A program made the translations under genes and the position numbers. Of a stretch of DNA of 64,000 nt, positions 9,524 through 17,664 are shown one piece after another (within the stretch, counting starts at the first letter, position 1; every line of letters starts with the position of its first letter). The stretch is from Candidatus Firestoneibacteriota bacterium (GTDB taxonomy: Bacteria; Oederibacteriota; D2-FULL-39-29; JBBTED01), in assembly GCA_038042445.1 (NCBI GenBank), contig JBBTED010000027.1, positions 32,001 through 96,000 on the forward strand, given 5' to 3'. The notes under the pieces were generated by a model. The model did not search any database and had not been told where the DNA came from. It worked only from the letters and a program-made list of their open reading frames with translations.

Positions 9524-10969
9524 TTAAGCTTCCTCTTTAATTGGAACTTTAATATAGATTTCTGTTCCCTTATTTATATCAGATTTTATATTAAACTTGC
9601 CACCAAGAATATATATTCTTTCCTGCATTCCAAATAAACCGATTGGTTTTCTACCAGATGTAGTTTTTATCTTATCCATATCAAAACCCACACCATCATC
9701 TGTAATTGTAAGAATTAAATCAGATTTTTTTTTCTGAAGAGTTATATTCACTTTATCAGCCTTTGCATGTTTTATAATATTTGTAAATGCTTCCTGAATT
9801 ACCCTATACAAACCTATTTCAAGAGAAGATAGTAATTTAGTATTTTCGGAAAATCCTGAAGTTTTATATTCTACTTTTACAGGAAATGTATTTTCAAATT
9901 CTTCCACATATTTCCTCACTGCTTTCAAAAAACCAAAATCATCAAGTAAAGGAGGTCTTAATTCAACTGCCAAATTATGTATATCTTCTAACGAACTATT
10001 TAAAAGTGTTCTGAAACTTTCTAATTTATTTTTCATATCATCTTTTTCAATACCTGACTCAAAAGATTTAAGACCAATTTTAAGCGATGTCAAAGTTTGA
10101 CCTGTTTTATCATGTAATTCTCTTGCAATTCTGTTTCTTTCATCTTCCTGTGTATAAATAATTTTTTCTATTAATTTTTGTCTCATTTCCTCATTTTGTT
10201 TTAATTCTAACTGATTTTTTTCTAAATTTTCGACCATACTGTTAAATACTTTACCAAAACTCCCGAACTCGTCATTTGTTATGATATTAACACGGGTTTT
10301 AAGATTACCAGTGCTTACTTCATTCACTGCAAAGATTAATTTAGATAATGGCATATTTAAAATATACGTAAGAAAATACGATATAAAAATACCTATGAAC
10401 GCCATTATTATTATTGCAATTAAAAGATGCTTCGTGGCTTTTTGTAATGCTTCCCGCAAAGGAGCATCCACCAAACCTATTCTGACAACCCCGAGTCTAC
10501 CTTCAAATACAGAAACCAAAATATCAAGGATTTTTCCTTCTTCTGTATTAAGTATCTCCAGATTATACGGCACAAATTTCTCTTCAAAATTCACCTTCAC
10601 AAGTTCTTCTGAAACTCTATGTTCAAATGTATGAGCAACTATATGCCCATTTTTATCAAGAACAAGTATATATCGTATATCCTTATGGCTCTGGGTTGTT
10701 TCTTTTAATAATTCGTATATTCCAAATAAATTCCCAGTTAGAAGAGGTGATGCCAACCTTGATGCCAAATCTTTAGTTATTGCAATACCTTTTTCTTCAA
10801 CCTGATTTTTTAAGGATTTATAAAGCAGCACTCTTGTCTCAATTAAAGCCCCTATGCAAAATAACACAATTAAACCAAATGCTATACCCATTATTTTAAA
10901 AAATATAGGTACAGCTAACGCTTTTTCTATAAATTTACTGAAAAATTTTTTTGTTTCCAGAAACTTCAC
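9524..10969 (-). CDS. HAMP + HisKA_3 sensor histidine kinase
   Basis: Two TM segments, HAMP, ERNRIARELHD, DDGVGF, GLFGMQER. Confidence 0.92.
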   Translation of the reverse strand: MKFLETKKFFSKFIEKALAVPIFFKIMGIAFGLIVLFCIGALIETRVLLYKSLKNQVEEKGIAITKDLASRLASPLLTGNLFGIYELLKETTQSHKDIRYILVLDKNGHIVAHTFEHRVSEELVKVNFEEKFVPYNLEILNTEEGKILDILVSVFEGRLGVVRIGLVDAPLREALQKATKHLLIAIIIMAFIGIFISYFLTYILNMPLSKLIFAVNEVSTGNLKTRVNIITNDEFGSFGKVFNSMVENLEKNQLELKQNEEMRQKLIEKIIYTQEDERNRIARELHDKTGQTLTSLKIGLKSFESGIEKDDMKNKLESFRTLLNSSLEDIHNLAVELRPPLLDDFGFLKAVRKYVEEFENTFPVKVEYKTSGFSENTKLLSSLEIGLYRVIQEAFTNIIKHAKADKVNITLQKKKSDLILTITDDGVGFDMDKIKTTSGRKPIGLFGMQERIYILGGKFNIKSDINKGTEIYIKVPIKEEA

Positions 10970-11898
10970 TGAATTGCACCTATTTCTTCTAATATTGTTT
11001 TTGCAGAATTATATATTTTACTGTCAGGGATAATAAATTTTTCTACAAAGATTTTATTTAGAATTTTTTTGCCTTCTTCATCCTTGTTCATATTTAAAAA
11101 TGCATCTTGTAATTTCTTTTTAATCTCATGATTGATTTTGCTTCCTGTTACAACAGGAGGAATTCCAAAAGATGGAGATTTATTAATAATTTTTGTTTTT
11201 AATGCACAGATATCTTTTTGCTTTATTAAAATATCGTATACAATACTATCTACACAAGCAGCATCTGTTATTTTTTCTGCTACTGATTTTATTGAATTAT
11301 CATGACTACCTGTAAATATAAATTTACTAAAGAAGTTATCTGGTGTCCAGCCTGATTTAAACAGACAATATTTAACATAAAAATATCCTGTTAGAGAAAG
11401 TGGATCGCAAAAAGCAAAACTTTTGTTTTTCAAATCATTTAAATTTGTTAGTTCACTGTTTTTTTCTACTATTATATATGAATAGTAATAAGGTTCTCCT
11501 TCAACTACAGGAACAGCTAAAATATCCAATGTAAAATCAACATTTGCCCTAATGTAAGCGCCTGTACAAATAAATGCCACATCACATTCAGAATTTCTAA
11601 GTAACTCATTAACTTCCCCATAAGTATTCTTCTGCACAAGTTGAATATTTACTTCCATTTTTTTTCTGAGATATTCTATTAAATCAGCATATAGAATTAA
11701 TGAAGCTTTTGGAGAAACAACAGAAGCAATAGCAAGTTTAATAGTATTATTTTTATAATCTTTATTTAATAAATCGGTAGAGTCTACTGGCTTAAGTCTG
11801 ACTTTTTTATATTCTGGAGTTTTATCGCATCCTAAAAATAGAAGCAAAAAGCATAAAATCAAAATTTTAAAATATTCTATTTTTTTGACTATTAGCAT
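10966..11898 (-). CDS. PhnD-fold oxyanion-binding lipoprotein (AioX/ArxX-like)
   Basis: Lipobox LLFLGC; DVAFICTGAY, DPLSLTG, GSHDNSI; no ABC permease nearby; overlaps kinase start. Confidence 0.82.
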   Translation of the reverse strand: MLIVKKIEYFKILILCFLLLFLGCDKTPEYKKVRLKPVDSTDLLNKDYKNNTIKLAIASVVSPKASLILYADLIEYLRKKMEVNIQLVQKNTYGEVNELLRNSECDVAFICTGAYIRANVDFTLDILAVPVVEGEPYYYSYIIVEKNSELTNLNDLKNKSFAFCDPLSLTGYFYVKYCLFKSGWTPDNFFSKFIFTGSHDNSIKSVAEKITDAACVDSIVYDILIKQKDICALKTKIINKSPSFGIPPVVTGSKINHEIKKKLQDAFLNMNKDEEGKKILNKIFVEKFIIPDSKIYNSAKTILEEIGAIQ

Positions 11899-11962
11899 AG
11901 CAATGATTTAAAATTCATATACCTTTAAGTAAAGAACCCAGGATTAAAACCAATTTATCCTG

Positions 11963-12013
11963 CAGGACAAGAATGTCCTGCCTATAGGTTGGGTTTTCTA
12001 ACCCAACCTATAG
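11963..12013. repeat. REP-like doublet, copy 3
   Basis: caggacaagaatgtcctgcctataggttgggttttctaacccaacctatagg. Confidence 0.8.
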
Positions 12014-12022
12014 GGTTTTTGA

Positions 12023-12217
12023 CTAATTTAGCTTTGCTATATCTTTAATTTTATTTTCCTCTTCCTTTACTTCTTTATTAATTTCTTTCATTGAATTTTT
12101 AAATTCACCTATACTTTTGCCGATTCCCTTAGCTATTTCAGGTAATTTTTTTGCACCAAAAATCAAAAATGCTATTGCTAATATAACTAATAATTCTGGC
12201 ATTCCTATATTCCCCAT
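12023..12217 (-). CDS. tatA: Twin-arginine translocase TatA, copy 2
   Basis: [27 protein letters not shown]. Confidence 0.93.
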   Translation of the reverse strand: MGNIGMPELLVILAIAFLIFGAKKLPEIAKGIGKSIGEFKNSMKEINKEVKEEENKIKDIAKLN

Positions 12218-12237
12218 TTAACTCACCTCCATTTCAA

Positions 12238-12327
12238 CTACATAATACTTCCTAACCATAAAATAAAAATTATTGCAATTATATGTAAGATCCACCATCC
12301 AGGTTTATACATCATAAATCTGTACAT
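12238..12327 (-). CDS. 29-aa single-TM small protein (absent from ORF track)
   Basis: GAGGAG 7 nt before ATG; MYRFMMYKPGWWILHIIAIIFILWLGSIM resembles the C-terminal helix of the upstream gene. Confidence 0.55.
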   Translation of the reverse strand: MYRFMMYKPGWWILHIIAIIFILWLGSIM

Positions 12328-12330
12328 ACA

Positions 12331-12831
12331 TTAACTCCTCAAGAATATATTGCCTACTATATAAACAATTGAAATGGCAATCAAATGTAGCAACCACCAC
12401 CCCATATTTGGGTAACGAAAAAATCTGTCTTTGCGCTTCAATTCAGAACTTGTATTCATTATATCCAATTCAAAAATAGCTTTTCCAAATGCAAATTTTC
12501 CAAATAATAAAATTATATCTGGTAAAGTAGTTTTTAGTATTAAATTTGAAGGTGTTATTACTTCCGGCAAATTTAAAAGTGAAAAATGTGCCATTGTAAT
12601 TGTTCCTATAATCACTAACATACCATTTATCACATAAGCATATTGTGTAGTTTTAGTATAAAAAAATAATACAGGTATAGCAAGGACACTTATAATACCT
12701 GATATAAAAGGTATTAAATGCTGTGATTCTTCAAAAGGTGGATGTATACGCAAATGCAAAAACCATCCTCCTAAAGAAATAAAAAATAACCCACTTATCA
12801 ATACTATTCGTACATTTTGCTTTTGCGTCAT
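12331..12831 (-). CDS. Multi-pass membrane protein with His in TM segments
   Basis: About 5 hydrophobic segments; WFLHLRIH, MAHFS, WWLLH. Confidence 0.65.
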   Translation of the reverse strand: MTQKQNVRIVLISGLFFISLGGWFLHLRIHPPFEESQHLIPFISGIISVLAIPVLFFYTKTTQYAYVINGMLVIIGTITMAHFSLLNLPEVITPSNLILKTTLPDIILLFGKFAFGKAIFELDIMNTSSELKRKDRFFRYPNMGWWLLHLIAISIVYIVGNIFLRS

Positions 12832-12859
12832 ATATTCTAAATATTTATTGAATTTAAAG

Positions 12860-12913
12860 GTAGTCGCAGGCTTTAGCCTGCGGTTCTTTCCGCAAGCTAA
12901 AGCTTGCGGCTAC
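12860..12913. repeat. GTAG REP doublet (cgcaggctttagcctgcg / cgcaagctaaagcttgcg)
   Basis: Same core as about 26958-27023 and 39645-39713. Confidence 0.8.
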
Positions 12914-12925
12914 CAATTCACCGTC

Positions 12926-13561
12926 CTAAAGTTTACTGTTTTTTAAATATATTTGCTTTGCCTTACTATAATTATCAAGTGTGTTTATATTAAAAAATGA
13001 AAGTAATTGTGTGTCAAATTGTTTTATTTCTCTTAAAGATATATTTTTTTTAATGATTTTAGCAAAAAAATTGGTTATTTTCAAATTAGTTTTCTCTAAT
13101 TGCTTTTCTATAGGTTTTATGCAATTTTTAGAATAAAATGCAAATAATGGTTCATATCCTTTTTGAAAAAAAGGAATAATAGCATCATATTTTTTATCTT
13201 TTGTAAACTTTTTCATATATTCAAGTAATTGGACATTCAAAAATGGCATATCACAAGCAGTAACAAAATTATAAAGTGTCTTTGAATACATTAAACCTGA
13301 ATAAAGCCCACCAATAGAACCTTTATCTTTGATATAATCACATACAACTTTTAAATGCAAGTCTTTATTTTTAAAAGAATTAACAATTGGTTCAATTTCT
13401 TTTTCGCGCATTTTAGAATTTACAACTACAATAATATTTTTGAAAATTTTTGCTAGTAGATTTATTCTACGTTCAAGCATTGTTTTATTTGCAAAAGGAA
13501 GGAATATTTTGTTTGTATTGATACGCGTGCTTTTTCCACCAGCAAGAATAATTGCTGTCAT
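12926..13561 (-). CDS. mobA: Molybdenum cofactor guanylyltransferase
   Basis: IILAGGKSTR, ACDMPF, EPLFAFY, FFNINT. Confidence 0.92.
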   Translation of the reverse strand: MTAIILAGGKSTRINTNKIFLPFANKTMLERRINLLAKIFKNIIVVVNSKMREKEIEPIVNSFKNKDLHLKVVCDYIKDKGSIGGLYSGLMYSKTLYNFVTACDMPFLNVQLLEYMKKFTKDKKYDAIIPFFQKGYEPLFAFYSKNCIKPIEKQLEKTNLKITNFFAKIIKKNISLREIKQFDTQLLSFFNINTLDNYSKAKQIYLKNSKL

Positions 13562-14004
13562 AGGACAGATATTTTATCTCCAGTTTTTATTTCGCCGCCT
13601 TGCAGTACTTTGGCAAATATACCTTCTTTTGGCATCACACAATCACCAACAGCATAATATATAGCGCAGTGAGAATGACAAACCTTTCCAATTTGTGTAA
13701 CTTCCAATAGAATATTTTCGCCGATTTGTATTTTGGTTCCAATTAAAAGATCTTTTAAATTTATCCATTCTGTAGTGATATTTTCTGCAAAATCTCCGGG
13801 CTTTACTTGTAAACCCTTCTCAATTATTTTATTTATACTTTCTTGAGCAAGCAAGCTTATTTGCCTATGCCAATCACCTGAATGTGCATCTCCAACAATT
13901 CCAAAGTTTTCTTTAAGACAAGCAAAAGGAATATTTTGTTTTTTTTCGCCTTTATTTTTACTTATAGATATTGCAATTATACTACCTGTTTGTTCACAAT
14001 TCAT
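13558..14004 (-). CDS. MOSC-domain protein
   Basis: GIVGDAH..WHRQISLL, GDFAENITT, QIGKVCHSHC, CVMPKEG. Confidence 0.9.
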   Translation of the reverse strand: MNCEQTGSIIAISISKNKGEKKQNIPFACLKENFGIVGDAHSGDWHRQISLLAQESINKIIEKGLQVKPGDFAENITTEWINLKDLLIGTKIQIGENILLEVTQIGKVCHSHCAIYYAVGDCVMPKEGIFAKVLQGGEIKTGDKISVL

Positions 14005-15637
14005 GACATTGCCTACATTCTTTTTTTGACATTTTTAAACGGACATCTTTATGCTGGCCAAATTCATGACAACTTATACAATCCAAACCAGCTTCAAGAT
14101 GTTTTAGATGCGGCATAATTTTATTTCCATATTTTACTGTTTCCGAAGGAATTTTGATATTCAATTTTGAATGACACATAGTCATACAAAATCTTCCGTT
14201 AATCAGTATATTTTCATTCATAGAAGGTAATTCTTTTTTAAGTAAATTACCTATTTTATCCAAAGATTTATTTGCTACCTGTAAAATCTGAACAGAATAA
14301 TAGATATTATGCAAACCACGTTTTTCTGATATAAACTGTATATTGTATCGGACATCTGAAAGCAATGTATTAGCATTATTGAAATCCGTTGAATTTTTAG
14401 GAATGGATTTAACCAAATCTTCTGCAATTTTTGATTTTGAATTAATTTCATCTAATGCATCATTTAAAATCTTTTTCCATTCTAATACCAAACCAGTATA
14501 TTTTTCACCATGACATTTAACACATGCATCTTCTTTATATTTGTATGTACTTCCATCAAATTTTGTGTTGCCATGAATTTGTTCTGAAATATGACAACCT
14601 ACACAATCCACATTTGCAAGATACATAGCACTTGGCATATCTGGAACTCCTTTTGCACCTATACCTTTATAAATCTGCTGAACACCTGTATGTTTATCTG
14701 TATGACATTTAGCACAATTAAGAGAAGTCATTTCTTTTTTAGATATAGTAGTTATAGAATGCCTCATTTCCTTATGACAATGAAAACAAGCTACATTCCT
14801 TTTTGTGATATGCTGCTCATGAATAAATTTCAAATCATTGTATTTTTGCAGTTTCTCAGGCTGATTATGACAGGTGTAACATCTTTCCTGTGGAGCTTCA
14901 CCATCCCCTTGAATAACATCTAAATGACACTTTTTACAACTCACATCTTTACCTTTTGCTGAAACAAAATTTTTGTGATTATAAACTATATTCCCTATTG
15001 TAAAATCTGTTTCAGGAACTTTATGGCAAGAAATACATCCACCAATAGGATTAATATCACGTGCCGTTTTCTTACCCTTAAAATGGCAAAGGTAACAGGT
15101 GTCCCATGTTACTTCAACATGTTTACCAACAACCATTTGTGAATGGCAAGAAGTACATCTAAGATGTCTACCACGACGTTCTTCAGTTAAATGATGCCTG
15201 TGGTTAAACATTATGCCTTTTTTTGTAGTAATTTTTCCTTCTAATAATCTGGTTGAATGACAACCTACCCTCAAACAAGAAGTATCTTCTATTTCAGCAT
15301 AAGGTTTAGATGAATATGTCCGTGTGACATATTTGGCAACTTGTGATAAAGCCTGAAATTTTTTCCATAATATTGTTTTAGGTTCACCAGGTGGATAGTG
15401 ACATTCTACACAAGCAACATTATTATGTTTTGAATTTTTCCATGCATCATAATATGGTTTCATTATATGACAGGATTTACAAAAAGATGGAGTGGTAGAA
15501 TATTTTGCCAACCCAAGTAAAATTACAACAAGTAATATTAATAATAAACCTATTAATTTAAAAAATCTTTTTTTAAAACTAATATACCATTTTTTATCTG
15601 GTGAAATTTCTATTCCTAAAAAAGAAAGTAAGTTCAT
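13994..15637 (-). CDS. Membrane-anchored multiheme cytochrome c with NapC/NirT-like N-terminus
   Basis: N-terminal TM, TTPSFCKSCHIM; 13 CxxCH plus one CX4CH and one CX3CH by manual count. Confidence 0.88.
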   Translation of the reverse strand: MNLLSFLGIEISPDKKWYISFKKRFFKLIGLLLILLVVILLGLAKYSTTPSFCKSCHIMKPYYDAWKNSKHNNVACVECHYPPGEPKTILWKKFQALSQVAKYVTRTYSSKPYAEIEDTSCLRVGCHSTRLLEGKITTKKGIMFNHRHHLTEERRGRHLRCTSCHSQMVVGKHVEVTWDTCYLCHFKGKKTARDINPIGGCISCHKVPETDFTIGNIVYNHKNFVSAKGKDVSCKKCHLDVIQGDGEAPQERCYTCHNQPEKLQKYNDLKFIHEQHITKRNVACFHCHKEMRHSITTISKKEMTSLNCAKCHTDKHTGVQQIYKGIGAKGVPDMPSAMYLANVDCVGCHISEQIHGNTKFDGSTYKYKEDACVKCHGEKYTGLVLEWKKILNDALDEINSKSKIAEDLVKSIPKNSTDFNNANTLLSDVRYNIQFISEKRGLHNIYYSVQILQVANKSLDKIGNLLKKELPSMNENILINGRFCMTMCHSKLNIKIPSETVKYGNKIMPHLKHLEAGLDCISCHEFGQHKDVRLKMSKKECRQCHEL

Positions 15638-15689
15638 ATTTTAACAGTTTTTAAATTTTTCAGTGGGTGATTTCTTTCTAAAATCCCCC

Positions 15690-17540
15690 TTAGTCCCCCT
15701 TTTTCAAAGGGGGATTTATTATTTTTTCATTATCAATTTTTTTTCCTGTAATCCATTGCCAACTCATTGGATAGATTTCCGGGTCAAAAATTGTCCAGTA
15801 AAAATGCCAGATAATAATTGCAACAGTAGCAAGTATTGCTTCATAAAAATGAATTAGTGTGGCTAAATCAGTAATCCATAATGGCAGATATTTTAAAGTT
15901 ATATTTTCAAATAAAAGCAAAATTCCTGTTACTATCATTATAATAGAACCCCATATAAGTGCCCAATATTCAAATTTTTCCATATAATTGTACTCACGAA
16001 ATTGTGGTTTTTCTTTACACAAACCAATATTATATCCAATAAATTTAAATGCATCAGTGATATCTTTGAATACAGGAAATAATTGTGTTACTCTCTTTCT
16101 GCCTGCTTTTGTAAATACAAGATAAAAAACGTGGAATATTGCAAATAGAATAAATATAAATGCTGTCCAGTGATGAATTTCACTCCTTATTTGTGAACCT
16201 TCCTCTAAAATTCTAAATGGATATGCCCACCAACTTTCAGGATATTTTACTGCAAAACCAGTATAAGCAAGTACTGAAAAACAAATCAAAAGTCCAAAGT
16301 GTTGTATTCTTTCATTAATACTCATTCTTTTATCATTCGCTTCTTTTTTACATTTTTTGTAATGTTCTCGTAAATTTTTTAAAAAATGAATTGCATTATG
16401 AAAAATCATACCACCAATTGTTAAAAGTATTAATGATATATAGAATATTTTAACATAATATATAATTAAATTTTTTTCTTTTGAATCTTTAGTATGTATA
16501 GAACCTGAAGCAAGCATTGCACCTGCACCAGGATGACATTTTCCACACGTCTTCGGTAGATTTACTTTATTTATGGAGGAAAGTTTATTATCTGACATCA
16601 AAATATCATGAAATCCATGACAAGAAGCACAATTAGCTACTCTTAAATCACCAGCTTTACCTGATAATCCATGAAATGAATCTAAATATGTTTGAACTCT
16701 ATCTGCAGGCAATCCAAATTTCGTAACAATTTTTTCAGAAGCATGACACCCTGAACAGGTTTTGGTTATTGCACCAATATATACAGATGATTCTTTGTCT
16801 TTAACAGCACGTATTGTATGTTCACCATGACAATCAATACATACTGGTGCTTCTTTAACACCTGCTTTTGAAACCACACCATGAATACTTCTTTCATATA
16901 CTTTAAATACATTTTCATGACATTTACTACAAGTAACTGGAATATTCTTATGAAATATTTTTGACATAGAGTTTGATGAACCATATATGTTGTGAGACCC
17001 ATGACAATCAGTACATACTGCTGCATTCATTTCTCCATTTTTCAATGCCTGGCCATGAATACTGTTTCTATAAGATTTATATGGTTCCTTTTGTGTAAGG
17101 TGAAATTTTTCCATTTTGCCTGAATTCCCATGGCAGTGTGTACAAGTATCAGGAATGTTTTTATGATAAACCGGAGATTTTGGATTTCTGCTATTCAAAA
17201 TAGTATGTGTGCTACCATGACAAGCTTTACAAGTAGCTGCTTCATTTATACCTTTAAGCTGTGCTTTTCCATGATCACTATTTAAATAGATTTCTGATTC
17301 TATTCTATGGCAGTCTTTACAAGATACAGGTTTTAATTTTTCATTATGCGGCAATTCCTTAATATCACTATGGCAAGAAATACACAGATTATTTCCATGT
17401 ATGGATTTTCCAAAAGCATTTGAATTAACCAATGGTGCGCCACTTTCTTTATCTTTATGACACACCATACATTCTTCATTTTCCTGTGCATATAGCAACG
17501 AAGATACAAATATAAAAAAAATAAAAATCTTTGTTTTCAC
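15690..17540 (-). CDS. Multiheme cytochrome c / cytochrome b fusion (CbcL-like), 11 CxxCH
   Basis: 11 CxxCH, then TM b-type domain (ERIQH, IHH, YMEKFEYWAL, IHFYEA, WHFY); start probably GTG 17540 or ATG 17555. Confidence 0.88.
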   Translation of the reverse strand: MKTKIFIFFIFVSSLLYAQENEECMVCHKDKESGAPLVNSNAFGKSIHGNNLCISCHSDIKELPHNEKLKPVSCKDCHRIESEIYLNSDHGKAQLKGINEAATCKACHGSTHTILNSRNPKSPVYHKNIPDTCTHCHGNSGKMEKFHLTQKEPYKSYRNSIHGQALKNGEMNAAVCTDCHGSHNIYGSSNSMSKIFHKNIPVTCSKCHENVFKVYERSIHGVVSKAGVKEAPVCIDCHGEHTIRAVKDKESSVYIGAITKTCSGCHASEKIVTKFGLPADRVQTYLDSFHGLSGKAGDLRVANCASCHGFHDILMSDNKLSSINKVNLPKTCGKCHPGAGAMLASGSIHTKDSKEKNLIIYYVKIFYISLILLTIGGMIFHNAIHFLKNLREHYKKCKKEANDKRMSINERIQHFGLLICFSVLAYTGFAVKYPESWWAYPFRILEEGSQIRSEIHHWTAFIFILFAIFHVFYLVFTKAGRKRVTQLFPVFKDITDAFKFIGYNIGLCKEKPQFREYNYMEKFEYWALIWGSIIMIVTGILLLFENITLKYLPLWITDLATLIHFYEAILATVAIIIWHFYWTIFDPEIYPMSWQWITGKKIDNEKIINPPLKKGD

Positions 17541-17567
17541 CCGAAAATCTCCCATTTTATTGTTTCT

Positions 17568-17623
17568 GTAGCTGCAAAGCAATAGCTTTGCTTTTTTTTT
17601 GCAGAGCTTCGCTCTGCCGCTAC
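17568..17623. repeat. GTAG REP doublet (gcaaagc..gctttgc / gcagagc..gctctgc)
   Basis: Free-standing relative of the core carried by the 140-bp MITE. Confidence 0.75.
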
Positions 17624-17664
17624 ACTGCCAACTGACCAAAATTTACAACTATAAATATTCTTAC

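Noticed and set aside
10966..11898. phnD of a phosphonate ABC transporter
   Set aside because: No phnC/phnE nearby; it is coupled to a sensor kinase
17556..17639. Extended N-terminus of the 11-heme cytochrome, and likewise KS, hgcA, envC and iscS
   Set aside because: Extensions cross repeats or neighbouring genes; downstream starts have better RBS or coupling
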